A stretch of DNA of 34,993 nucleotides, from positions 1-34,993 of IMG/VR virus record IMGVR_UViG_3300035561_000143. One strand, 5' to 3'. The stretch comes from a virus. Taxonomy: Duplodnaviria; Caudoviricetes. Positions 1-9,277 of the stretch are shown one piece after another; positions within the stretch are counted from its first letter, which is position 1, and each line of letters begins with the position of its first letter. Below the pieces are notes generated by a model that was given only the letters and a program-made list of their open reading frames with translations, was not told the DNA's origin and searched no databases. The translations under genes and the position numbers were made by a program.

Positions 1-1
1 G

Positions 2-241
2 GGTAAGGGGTGGGCGGTTTTCACAAAGATTGCTGAAAAATATCCCGTAGCAGTAGTAAAGGTAACAAAAAAAGTTATCGCAAAGGCGATGCATGACCAC
101 GGGCTTCAACGGGTCGAAACCACAATCGCCAGCAACTCTGAAAAAAATATGCGGTTTGCTGTGATGCTGGGGTTCAGAAGGGAGGGCACTCTCGTGAAAT
201 ACTATAACGGACTTGATTTTGAAATGGTGGCGATAACATGA
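2..241 (+). CDS. 5'-truncated GNAT-like / T7 gp13-like protein
   Basis: Hand translation of frame 2: ...HGLQRVETTIASNSEKNMRFAVMLGFRREGTLVKYY..., a GNAT C-terminal pattern; ATGA overlap with next gene; position before the ejection proteins. Confidence 0.6.
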   Translation, partial: GKGWAVFTKIAEKYPVAVVKVTKKVIAKAMHDHGLQRVETTIASNSEKNMRFAVMLGFRREGTLVKYYNGLDFEMVAIT

Positions 242-777
242 GTTTCCTAGAGGGATGGTCCTTGATTTCTGAATTCTCCTCTGCCTTGATGCAATCCAAG
301 GCCATGTCGTTGCAGGCTGGCGCAGAAGCCTCCCTTTTGCGACACAATGCTGGCGTGCTTGAAGCAGAAGCGAATGCCACCACAAGGAAGGCGTTCTATG
401 ACGAGATGGCATTGCGCAGAAAGGTCAGGTCTGTCGTAAGCACGCAGAAAGCCAGGCATGGCGCTAGCGGCGTGGTTATCTCCACCGGGTCGCCCGTAGA
501 TGTCGTTATGGACTCTCTGCGTCAGGGCGAAATGGACGCCATACAGATTCGGGAAGAGGGATGGTACAAGGCGAGTTCCCTAAGAGAGCGGGCTGGGTAC
601 ATGAAGGAACAAGCGAAGTTTACCGAAAGCGCCACAAGCACGGCTTCCACTTTCCGGCTGTTGTCCGGATTGGGGAGCACGATCGCTTCCGGGTATTCGC
701 TTGGGATATTCACAGAGAGTCCACTCAAGCAAAAAACGGGCAGGGATAAGCCACCTAACCCCAACCCGAAAGTTTAG
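238..777 (+). CDS. Probable internal virion (ejection) protein, gp14-like
   Basis: Ala/Gln-rich helical protein with ASGVVISTGSPVDV segment; first of a small/medium/large gene triplet. Confidence 0.6.
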   Translation: MSFLEGWSLISEFSSALMQSKAMSLQAGAEASLLRHNAGVLEAEANATTRKAFYDEMALRRKVRSVVSTQKARHGASGVVISTGSPVDVVMDSLRQGEMDAIQIREEGWYKASSLRERAGYMKEQAKFTESATSTASTFRLLSGLGSTIASGYSLGIFTESPLKQKTGRDKPPNPNPKV

Positions 778-788
778 GGGGTTACGAC

Positions 789-2279
789 ATGAAGGTTCCC
801 CGTTATCAACAGGAAGTTCCGGGAGCGAGCGGAAGCGGAAGGGCGTTGCTTGATGCCCCGTTTGACCAAGGGGCCAAGGCTCTTATGATGTCTGGAGAGA
901 TGCTGGCGAGAACGTCTCGGGAACTCAAGGCGGTTGCTATGGAAATGCGAGAGCGCAAACAGGCCGCAGAGATAACCCACGCACGTGCGCTTGTCCAGAG
1001 GGAAGTCAATGACTTTATGTTGGAAATTGCAAAAAATCCCGACTTACACGAGCAGTACGAGTCGCTGTACGAAGAGAAGATGTCCGAGATAGAAGAAAGA
1101 CTCCCGGACATGTTCACCGACTCTCATGCTCTGAATAAGTTCCAGACGGAGTTCATGCCGTTGTTCCAAGAGAACCACAGGTTCACGGTAGCGCAACTTG
1201 CTTTTGAGAAGTCGCGTGAATATACAATCGCCCTTGCGGACGCCTCCATTAATGAGGCTATTGTCAACCTTGACATGGATGGGGCCGTGCTTGCTCTGGA
1301 GTCGTTAAAGGGTATTGTCCCAGAGCCTGAGTGGGTGGCTCGAAAGAACAAGGCGGAAACGAGCATAGTCAAGAACGCAGAATACAAGCGGATGGAACTG
1401 GCTATAGCCTCCGATGGGGAACTTGCAAAATGGGAACCAGCCCCGGAGACGCAGGCCACCCTGAGCCAGAATGAACTGGACGACCTCAAGGGGCACTTCC
1501 GCACACAAAGGAACCTCTACAAAGCGGAAAGGGCGGAGATGTACAACAAGACGACCGACATGTTGGCCCGTGACCTTATAAAGGGCAAAATGTGGTCAAA
1601 GAACTCGCTTCTGGCCCTTGTGGATGAAGGCCAGTTGGACATGTCGAGCGCTGTTTCGTGGTGGAAAATCATGGAGAACGAAGCGGAAAAACTTTCAGAC
1701 GGAGGAAGCAGTTACGCAAAAGAGTTGTCAAAAATAACAGGAGGTGTCGAGGGAGAAAACAGGATGTATAACGAATTCCACACAAGGATAATCAATGCGG
1801 CAGGAGAACCAGACGCGAAACTGCCCGCTGTCCGTCAGAAGATATACGAAGACATGGTTAGGGCTGTTGCTGAAAACAAGATGACAAATACGTCTTTTAG
1901 GATTTTAAATCCCATGATTCGCGAAGAGTTTGGAGGGTTAAGAGAGGGGCTTATCCGGGAGATCAAGGTGGCCAGAACGACTGCGGATACGGTTTTTGAA
2001 GCCCTTTCCGGCACTGGTGCTGGCAAGGTTGACCTCGTTACAATATCGTCCATAAAAGCCAGACTAGACAGGGATATAGCGGGAACATCGGACCCCAAGA
2101 AGGTTTACTCGTTGGCCTTATCCGCAATCAACGAAGCGTATGCGCAAAGGGGGAAGGCTTTTTCGTTGTTCCAACCCGAAGTAGACGAAGCGGAAGATGC
2201 GATAGCCTTTCTCTCTTACGAAATAAAGAGTTTTGAGGAAAAAGAGAAGGAGCTTTTAAACTCAGAAATGGCGAAGTAG
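789..2279 (+). CDS. Probable internal virion (ejection) protein, gp15-like
   Basis: 496-aa helical protein starting MKVPRYQ; synteny between gp14-like and giant gene. Confidence 0.55.
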   Translation: MKVPRYQQEVPGASGSGRALLDAPFDQGAKALMMSGEMLARTSRELKAVAMEMRERKQAAEITHARALVQREVNDFMLEIAKNPDLHEQYESLYEEKMSEIEERLPDMFTDSHALNKFQTEFMPLFQENHRFTVAQLAFEKSREYTIALADASINEAIVNLDMDGAVLALESLKGIVPEPEWVARKNKAETSIVKNAEYKRMELAIASDGELAKWEPAPETQATLSQNELDDLKGHFRTQRNLYKAERAEMYNKTTDMLARDLIKGKMWSKNSLLALVDEGQLDMSSAVSWWKIMENEAEKLSDGGSSYAKELSKITGGVEGENRMYNEFHTRIINAAGEPDAKLPAVRQKIYEDMVRAVAENKMTNTSFRILNPMIREEFGGLREGLIREIKVARTTADTVFEALSGTGAGKVDLVTISSIKARLDRDIAGTSDPKKVYSLALSAINEAYAQRGKAFSLFQPEVDEAEDAIAFLSYEIKSFEEKEKELLNSEMAK

Positions 2280-2297
2280 CGGAATGGAGGTCACAGG

Positions 2298-5200
2298 ATG
2301 GACCTTATTCAGAAGTACCCTAACATCACAGAAAAGATAGAGAGATTCCGCGCAAATGGTTATACCGATGAGCAGATAGAGCAATCCGTGATGGACGTCT
2401 CTAATTCCATGTTGCATGACGGCAAAAGCATAGAGGAAGTGCGGGATTTTTTTGGCATCAGCGAAGAGCAGATAAACGCTTTCCGTCTTGGGGCAACGTC
2501 TGACGCAAAAGCGGTTGCTTCTGTTTTAAGCGTGGCGACCGGAAGGCCCCAAGAACAGGTTACAAGCGAACTCATGAACAATAAGGCGTTGGCTCAATTC
2601 GATAACTTTAATAAGGGCAAGCAGTCCAACCTGCTCTTTGAAAACGCTTCTGCCACGCTAGACTTCCTGCAAAAACTGGACTTTGAGGTTTACAAAGCCG
2701 TCGAGGTTGACAAGAAGGCCCCCGCCAGCATGTTTGGCGTGCTTTCCGCGTCTGACCAGAAGGGGTATACCATAGACGACCCGTTTGCGGCAGAACACCT
2801 ATTCGGCTATGGAGCAGGCAAGTTCGCGTGGGGCATGGGTAAACAGGCATGGAACCTGACGGCTTTATCATGGGACGTGCTGGATAAGGTCACTGATTTT
2901 ATTGTCCCTGATGGGTCGTGGCTTGACCAACACATCAAGGGGCAGGTTTCTTATTGGCAAAACCCGGAAGACAACAATACTCTCGCAAGATATGTCAGCG
3001 CTGTTGGCTCGGCTCGCAGAGAGGCATATTACGACCGTGGTTTTTGGTGGGGGATTACCAACGACCTGTCTGACATTTCTATGGATTTTGCCACAATGAT
3101 GGGAGGGTACCGAATATTTAGCGGTGTTGTGAAGGGGCACCTTGCCCTAGAAACCGGCATGTCCATGTTTGACCGCAAGTTGAACATGCTCTCTTATATC
3201 AAAGATACTGCGAAGATGCAGGCCACGCACGCTTTCCTTACTACGGAAGGCTCTATTAAAGACAGGGCGTTTGCGGCACTTTACCGAGTTGCCTATAACC
3301 TGACCCCCTATGTCGCCAACGCTACCGGCGCTACAGGGCTTGGTGCCGTCTTCACAGACACCATGCTCAATACCTTTCTGACCTCTCCTCATTACTACAG
3401 CCTCTACAAGGAGTACGGACTTTCAGAGGATTTCGCTAAATATGCCCTCCCGCAAATAGTTATGGATGTTGGGATGGCGTGGAACACGAGGGGGGAACCG
3501 GCAAGGGCAAGAGCGGCACAGCGGGAGAACCTCGCCCGCTTAAAGGCAAATGCAACTGGCCTTGACTACAGGACCGTTCTTGACGACATGGTAAAACAGG
3601 AAACCTTTCTTGAGCGAGAAATCAGGGCGGAGACGAGAATACAGGTCGAAACGGAAGAGCGCCACGAGTTGAAGGATGGCTGGATTCCGACAGGCGCTTT
3701 GGTCAACGAAGGTCACAGAGCAGAGTTTATAAACAAAATCTTTGACGACAACGACTGGATTTTCGTGGACAGGTCACAGAAGAAACCTTGGGAGATGACT
3801 AAACAGGAGTTCTCGGCCTTTGTAAAGGGTGGGTCTGATGCTCTTGAGGGGCTTCTCAAGACAAAGTTGTCAAAGGGCGAAATAACAAAAGAAGATGCGG
3901 ATGTAGTACGTGGCGCTATCGAGGACGAGATAAGGGCGCAGGCCGAAAGGCTTGGGCTGGAATATGAGCAGGAAGCCCGTATGCAACAGGGAGAAAGCGC
4001 CAGCGAATACTACGCCATCACCAGTTTTCTCAGACAACACGGACGCGCAACTGACACTGGTGGTATCTCTTATGCGGAAATGGTTCGCTTATGGGGGATA
4101 GATGATGCTCGTGAAATCAACAGGCATCTACCACCCGGTGCTGTGCGGAGCAGGGGCGGGTCTTTGGATACCGTGGTTTCTGTGTTGCGGGATGAAGGAG
4201 GTTTCAACATCCGGGACGAAAACCACCTCCGCGAGTTACTCCTCAACCGCCCTTCTCTCTCAAGAACGCAGGCTGAGGCCAGCGCAAGGGGGGAACTGGA
4301 AGACCTTGCGCTTTTAAAAAACACCCTGCACAAAGCCATTGTGAAGGGCGCTATCGATCGTGGCGTGGGCGTGCCTCCCCATATTCTTCGGGAGTATCCA
4401 GACCTTATCGAGGGGAATGAGGACCTTGTCAAAATTCCCCAGATACAACAAGTAAGGCAAAACCCCGAAGTAATAAAGACCATCCTCGATGGAGAGATGT
4501 CTCTGGGTGCCTTCAACCGGACTAAACCGGAAAATCTGGGACTTTCGGGGAAAGGCAAGACTAGAATAAAACAGATAATCCGGGACATGCTTACCGATAT
4601 GATTTCTTTCGACTCCAATAACGTCCAGCATGACTATCGTGTTCAAATACAGAATCTGCTTGACGAGATAAAGATTCCCGACAGGTCCATTGTGTCCGGT
4701 CCCCGGACGAGAAGCGAAATCGCCATGTTTGAGGACCATATCAAGGCAGAACAGCAAAAGGCCATAGAGAGCGCCGAGCGACAGGGTGAGGACCCTGACA
4801 CTGCGGCACGAGCGGTCAGGGAACATATTCTGAACTCCATCCACCCCAAGCAGGCGGAACTTCTGGTCAGGGAACTGCTCAACGACAAGACTGTCAATGA
4901 ACTGGTTGGCAGATACTCCACCATGAAGGCTCTTTATGACGAAGGGCGAAAGGAATATAACTTGTGGCTTGCGAGAAGGGCACAGGCTGTCGTTAATTTT
5001 GGCGACCCCATGAAGGCCGAAATGTCCGACCCGAAAAATCACCAGTTTCTCAAGGCGATAGGGAGCGTTTTAAGGAGAAAGAAGGGAACGCTTTCGCCTG
5101 ACGTTTTTCTAGTGGACAAGATTCTGGAGGAGAAGTCGCCAAACGCGATAGCCAAGGTTTTGCAGGCAGGGGTGGCTTATTCCGCTCGACCTACCCGCAT

Positions 5201-7049
5201 CTTGACGATGTTACAGGGCGGTAAGCAGGAAGGCCCGTTCACGGATTTGTGGAAATACGTCGAAGACAAGTGGGACGCTAAACTGAGGATGGAGAACCAA
5301 AGGAAGGACGTGCTGGGCGAAGCAAGGGACAAGAGGGGGCTTACTTTAGACGACATAAATCGCATGGTGCCCGCGCTGGATTTTCAGGACGTTACTGGGC
5401 ATCGCTTCAGAGTCAACCTTTCTCAGGCTCTGGAGATTTACGCCTACTCCCAGAACAAATACGGCAGGATGGCTCTTTATGAAAGTTTCGGGCTTGATGA
5501 GAGGTATTTCGATTTGCTGGAAATAACCCTGAAGGACAACGAAAAAGAATACGCTTGGGATGTCATTAGGGAACAGGAGGCGCATTTCGACAGGGCGCAG
5601 AAGGCTCTTGTGGAACACTTCAACCGGGGTATGACAAAAGAGGAGAACTACCTTCGCATCTTTTATACTGACAGGGCAGAAACAGACAACCTTGTTGACG
5701 ACTACACCCGCAACGTAGAAATGGAGGTAGCCCGTCTCTATCAACTCAGGGACATGAGTACCCGCAGTGGCTTCAGGCACGAGAGAAAGGGGCCGGGCGA
5801 GGGGTACAGGCTGGCCCTGCGGGGGATAGAACAAAACTGGCAGAGGTCGATGACGGAAACAGAGCACTTCATCCACCTTGCCGAACCAGTCAGAATTATG
5901 AATGCCCTGTGGGGTAAGGGCACCCCGTGGGGGAAAACACAGATAAACGGGACCATAACAAAAGAGATAGAGGCGAACTACGGCAAAAACATAGTCGAAT
6001 CGCTTCGCAGTTACAGCAACAGTGTGGCTGATCCGTATTTCTATCGGGCAGACAGGGCGCTTAACTCATGGATACGTCTTTTCCGAGAGAACATGGCGCT
6101 GGCTTATCTGGCCTACAACGTAACTACGATGGCAAAACAGTTGCCGTCTATGATTTTTTACGGAGTGGAAGCGGGCTTCCCCCGGCTCATGGCCACATGT
6201 CTCGACGTTGCCACAAACTGGGAGGAGTCCAGAAAACTGGTGGAGGCTCTTTCTCCGCAACTTAAAGCAAGGGGCGGGGCCGTTGAGTCGGTGTTTCTTG
6301 AAATAGAGGGCAGGACAGACCTTAGTTCTGTACAGAAATACTCCCGTGGTATTTCTGGTCCGGGGATGAAGGGTATCGCCCTCTTTGACAAAGTGGCCAC
6401 CACAATAGGGTTCATGGCGGTCTACGAAAAACACAGAGACATGGGGTGGACCGAGGACGCGGCGGCCAGAAGAGCGACTCAAATCACACTTGAAACACAG
6501 CCTGCGGCTACCGCGAAAGACTTGGCGATGCTCTATAAGCAGGGAGAACTCATGAGGACTTTCCTTATGTTCTCCAACCAGTTGAACAACATCTTCAATA
6601 TGGCGACGATGGACTCGTACAATTTCCTTGCGAGGAAAGAGTACACCAAGTTCGCCGCAAACATCATTGCTCTGGCCCTTGGGGGAACTATGATACAGTC
6701 CATCGCCCGCAAAAAGTTGCCGGAAGAAGTGAGCGACGTAGCAGGCGGATTCACTTATCAGATAGCGAACTCGTTGCCCCTGATAGGCAAGGCGGTTGGA
6801 GGAGCGTTTGAGGGATATAGGGCCAACATGGACCCCTTCTCCATGATAGGTTATTGGGTAGGGAAAATGGGCAAGGACGCTCAGGAGGGGAAGAGTTTTT
6901 CTGCGGACATGGCACTCAATTTCCTTAGTGTCATGACGGGGCTTCCTTATTCTGGCTCAAAAAGGGCTTACTATGCGCTCAAAGAGGGGGACTTGTCCTA
7001 CCTGCTTGGAGGCAAACCGAGCAAGAAGAAAAAATCCCTGTTGTTTTAA
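2298..7049 (+). CDS. Large internal virion / ejection protein, gp16-like
   Basis: 1583 aa, SD GGAGG, helical C-terminal region with hydrophobic segments, last structural gene before lysis. Confidence 0.6.
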   Translation: MDLIQKYPNITEKIERFRANGYTDEQIEQSVMDVSNSMLHDGKSIEEVRDFFGISEEQINAFRLGATSDAKAVASVLSVATGRPQEQVTSELMNNKALAQFDNFNKGKQSNLLFENASATLDFLQKLDFEVYKAVEVDKKAPASMFGVLSASDQKGYTIDDPFAAEHLFGYGAGKFAWGMGKQAWNLTALSWDVLDKVTDFIVPDGSWLDQHIKGQVSYWQNPEDNNTLARYVSAVGSARREAYYDRGFWWGITNDLSDISMDFATMMGGYRIFSGVVKGHLALETGMSMFDRKLNMLSYIKDTAKMQATHAFLTTEGSIKDRAFAALYRVAYNLTPYVANATGATGLGAVFTDTMLNTFLTSPHYYSLYKEYGLSEDFAKYALPQIVMDVGMAWNTRGEPARARAAQRENLARLKANATGLDYRTVLDDMVKQETFLEREIRAETRIQVETEERHELKDGWIPTGALVNEGHRAEFINKIFDDNDWIFVDRSQKKPWEMTKQEFSAFVKGGSDALEGLLKTKLSKGEITKEDADVVRGAIEDEIRAQAERLGLEYEQEARMQQGESASEYYAITSFLRQHGRATDTGGISYAEMVRLWGIDDAREINRHLPPGAVRSRGGSLDTVVSVLRDEGGFNIRDENHLRELLLNRPSLSRTQAEASARGELEDLALLKNTLHKAIVKGAIDRGVGVPPHILREYPDLIEGNEDLVKIPQIQQVRQNPEVIKTILDGEMSLGAFNRTKPENLGLSGKGKTRIKQIIRDMLTDMISFDSNNVQHDYRVQIQNLLDEIKIPDRSIVSGPRTRSEIAMFEDHIKAEQQKAIESAERQGEDPDTAARAVREHILNSIHPKQAELLVRELLNDKTVNELVGRYSTMKALYDEGRKEYNLWLARRAQAVVNFGDPMKAEMSDPKNHQFLKAIGSVLRRKKGTLSPDVFLVDKILEEKSPNAIAKVLQAGVAYSARPTRILTMLQGGKQEGPFTDLWKYVEDKWDAKLRMENQRKDVLGEARDKRGLTLDDINRMVPALDFQDVTGHRFRVNLSQALEIYAYSQNKYGRMALYESFGLDERYFDLLEITLKDNEKEYAWDVIREQEAHFDRAQKALVEHFNRGMTKEENYLRIFYTDRAETDNLVDDYTRNVEMEVARLYQLRDMSTRSGFRHERKGPGEGYRLALRGIEQNWQRSMTETEHFIHLAEPVRIMNALWGKGTPWGKTQINGTITKEIEANYGKNIVESLRSYSNSVADPYFYRADRALNSWIRLFRENMALAYLAYNVTTMAKQLPSMIFYGVEAGFPRLMATCLDVATNWEESRKLVEALSPQLKARGGAVESVFLEIEGRTDLSSVQKYSRGISGPGMKGIALFDKVATTIGFMAVYEKHRDMGWTEDAAARRATQITLETQPAATAKDLAMLYKQGELMRTFLMFSNQLNNIFNMATMDSYNFLARKEYTKFAANIIALALGGTMIQSIARKKLPEEVSDVAGGFTYQIANSLPLIGKAVGGAFEGYRANMDPFSMIGYWVGKMGKDAQEGKSFSADMALNFLSVMTGLPYSGSKRAYYALKEGDLSYLLGGKPSKKKKSLLF

Positions 7050-7061
7050 GGAGGGTCCAAG

Positions 7062-7622
7062 ATGAAACTGAAAGTTTGCATTGACGCAGGACACGGCGGG
7101 GGAGACCCCGGAGCGCTGGGACCGAAGGGCACAAGGGAGAAGGACATAAATCTCATTGTTGCCCATCTCCTTAAAGAACGTCTGGAAAAACTTGGGCATA
7201 AGACGATGATGACCCGGCATAAGGACGTGTTTGTTTCTATAGGGAACAGAGCGGGCTATGCCAACAGCAACCGTGCGGATTGTTTCGTCTCCATCCATTG
7301 CAACAGCGCCACTGTGTCCACTGCCCACGGATGGGAGATATTCACCTCCATAGGGCAGACAAGAGCGGACAGCCTGGCCACCTCTATCCATCAGGCGTGG
7401 GTCTCCTTGATGCCCAAGACTAGAGTCCGTGCCGACTGGAGCGACGGAGACGTAGACAAAGAAGCCGATTTAGGAGTACTCCGGCTCACAAGAATGCCTG
7501 CCGTTCTTGTTGAGTTGGCGTTCATCAAGAATCCTGCGGAGGAAATATTCTTGTTAGACCCTGCAAACCAGCGAATCATGGCTAAGGGCATTGCAGACGG
7601 CGTTAACGCTTGGGGTATGTAG
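7062..7622 (+). CDS. Endolysin, N-acetylmuramoyl-L-alanine amidase (Amidase_3), catalytic domain only
   Basis: Motifs IDAGHGG.DPGA, EK, SIHCN, PAVLVELAFI. Confidence 0.95.
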   Translation: MKLKVCIDAGHGGGDPGALGPKGTREKDINLIVAHLLKERLEKLGHKTMMTRHKDVFVSIGNRAGYANSNRADCFVSIHCNSATVSTAHGWEIFTSIGQTRADSLATSIHQAWVSLMPKTRVRADWSDGDVDKEADLGVLRLTRMPAVLVELAFIKNPAEEIFLLDPANQRIMAKGIADGVNAWGM

Positions 7623-7659
7623 GATGACTGAAACGAACAATAGAGAGGGAGAGAACAAC

Positions 7660-8058
7660 ATGTCTCACGGATATAAGTCAGCGCTGGAGGTGGCAATAGA
7701 TGACATACGTGACGACATCAGCGACATGAAGGATGTCCTGAAGGGGCTGACGGTCGCTATTGGCGCCCTTGCCGTTCAGGAAGAGCGCCAAGCGAGGATG
7801 AGGCAGGATATAGACAAGATAGGGTCATCGGTTGACACTCAATGGAAGATTATCAGGTCCATACAGGACACCTGCAACACCAGACAGCGCCATGTTGATT
7901 ATGCGGAAAGACTGATGGCCAAGCCAGATGCCCAGGCTTGGTGGAACTCCAAAATCACGGGGGCAACGGAAAAGATGCTCCTTATGCTCGCGGGAGCGAT
8001 AGCCTCTGCGGTGGGGTACCAGTTTTACCAGATTATCGTTGAAGTCATAAGGAGGTAG
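7660..8058 (+). CDS. Coiled-coil protein with C-terminal TM helix (lysis cassette; holin/antiholin-like)
   Basis: Heptad-rich N-terminus, hydrophobic MLLMLAGAIASAVGY; start chosen for SD GAGGGAG (ATG 7624 is an alternative). Confidence 0.5.
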   Translation: MSHGYKSALEVAIDDIRDDISDMKDVLKGLTVAIGALAVQEERQARMRQDIDKIGSSVDTQWKIIRSIQDTCNTRQRHVDYAERLMAKPDAQAWWNSKITGATEKMLLMLAGAIASAVGYQFYQIIVEVIRR

Positions 8059-8062
8059 CATT

Positions 8063-8269
8063 ATGCCGGACTTCAGTTGGAAATGGTTCTGCGAAAAACT
8101 GTTCGACGAGTTTGAGGGCAGAGACCTAATTGTTGTCATTGTGACAGTAGGGGTGTTTGTTTTGATATACCTCGGCAAAATCCCCGAACAGCATATTACT
8201 GCCGTTTTGACAGGAATTGCAGGATACGCTCTTGGGCGCCCGAACACTGGTGGTGGTTCTAATGAGTAA
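8063..8269 (+). CDS. Putative holin
   Basis: 68 aa, two hydrophobic segments (LIVVIVTVGVFVLIYLG; ITAVLTGIAGYALG), SD AAGGAGG, next to endolysin. Confidence 0.6.
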   Translation: MPDFSWKWFCEKLFDEFEGRDLIVVIVTVGVFVLIYLGKIPEQHITAVLTGIAGYALGRPNTGGGSNE

Positions 8270-8597
8270 GAAAGCGTTGACCTTTTTTGTCCTTTTCGCG
8301 ATTATCGTTACTTCGCTTGCCGGATACTGGGCATACCGGAATCATCAGCGTTACAAGGCTTCTGTTGAGGAACTGACGCAACAGCAGGAAGCATACAAGC
8401 AGGAACTAGAGTTAGTTTATTCTCAGTGGCAGAAGGACAAGGCGGACTATCAGAGGAAGGTGAAGCAAATTGAGCGGAAGATTGCGGAGCAGGTTGTCTC
8501 TATGTCTCTGTCTGACCTTGCTGATGCTTTCAATAGGGACCTGCACGGAAGCGGTAGTCCCCTTGCAGAAGGGAGTCCCGTTCACCCCAGCGACTGA
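8262..8597 (+). CDS. Putative inner-membrane spanin (Rz-like)
   Basis: MSKK followed by a TM helix and long coiled coil; overlapped by the next gene. Confidence 0.55.
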   Translation: MSKKALTFFVLFAIIVTSLAGYWAYRNHQRYKASVEELTQQQEAYKQELELVYSQWQKDKADYQRKVKQIERKIAEQVVSMSLSDLADAFNRDLHGSGSPLAEGSPVHPSD

Positions 8598-8865
8598 CGG
8601 GCTTTTCTTTACGGAAGAGGAAGCGAGGTCGGAACTTCAGCAGAAATATACATTCCGGGCCAGAGCGGAACTTGCGGAAGAGACCCTTGAACGCAGAGAC
8701 GACCAGATAGAGAAGATGTACGAGTCAATAATGGATTACATAAAGACATCAGAGCAGAAGGATGCCATACAATCTGCCCGCATCTCTTCTCTAGAAGCCC
8801 AGAATGACATTTTCAAAGCCGGGGGGGTAGTCTTACTCGTCTTGAAGTTGTTTGAGGTCATCTGA
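8470..8865 (+). CDS. Putative secreted spanin partner (Rz1-like position)
   Basis: TTG start inside previous gene (128-bp overlap, +1 frame); signal-peptide-like N-terminus; coiled coil; hydrophobic C-terminus. Confidence 0.45.
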   Translation: MSGRLRSRLSLCLCLTLLMLSIGTCTEAVVPLQKGVPFTPATDGLFFTEEEARSELQQKYTFRARAELAEETLERRDDQIEKMYESIMDYIKTSEQKDAIQSARISSLEAQNDIFKAGGVVLLVLKLFEVI

Positions 8866-8907
8866 GCCATCCTCAATCGTTCTGGATGGATATAAGGAGG
8901 GGGGGTC

Positions 8908-9066
8908 ATGCCGAGAGAGTATGTCGCCATGAGGGATAAGTTTAAAGCGGAGTACAAGAAGAAGGGGTATTCTGAGGAAAAAGCCGACAAGATGGCTAAA
9001 AGCAAGGCCGCAAGGATTTACAACAGTCGGCACCCTAAGAAGCCAGTGACCAGAAAGGAGGACTAG
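8908..9066 (+). CDS. Small basic protein (52 aa, not in ORF track)
   Basis: SD AAGGAGGGG; MPREYVAMRDKFKAEYKKKGYSEEKADKMAKSKAARIYNSRHPKKPVTRKED*. Confidence 0.7.
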   Translation: MPREYVAMRDKFKAEYKKKGYSEEKADKMAKSKAARIYNSRHPKKPVTRKED

Positions 9067-9068
9067 GC

Positions 9069-9197
9069 ATGATACTTGAAGGACCGTGGTACGCACAGGC
9101 AATCAAGACGGCGCTCGCTCTTCTGCTTATCGGCACATTTGTGTGGAGAATGCTCAAGAAGGAGTGGTGGTGGGAAGCGCTCAGGAAAAAGAAATAA
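9069..9197 (+). CDS. Small membrane protein (42 aa, not in ORF track)
   Basis: SD AAGGAGG; MILEGPWYAQAIKTALALLLIGTFVWRMLKKEWWWEALRKKK*. Confidence 0.65.
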   Translation: MILEGPWYAQAIKTALALLLIGTFVWRMLKKEWWWEALRKKK

Positions 9198-9219
9198 AGA
9201 TGGGACCTCAGACCCATAT

Positions 9220-9277
9220 ACACCCTCCTAGTCTAGAAGTACCATTGTGGCATTCTGACTAGGGGGGTGTTTTGTTT
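9220..9277 (+). terminator. Long hairpin plus T-tract ending the late operon; 3' arm contains the next gene's SD
   Basis: ACACCCTCCTAGTC (9220-9233) pairs with GACTAGGGGGGTGT (9257-9270, one G-U), followed by TTTGTTT. Confidence 0.7.

Noticed and set aside
4070-5876. Long antisense ORFs (e.g. 4314-5042, 242 aa)
   Set aside because: Shadows of the 1583-aa sense gene with no motifs or RBS; the same applies to antisense ORFs over terL and portal.
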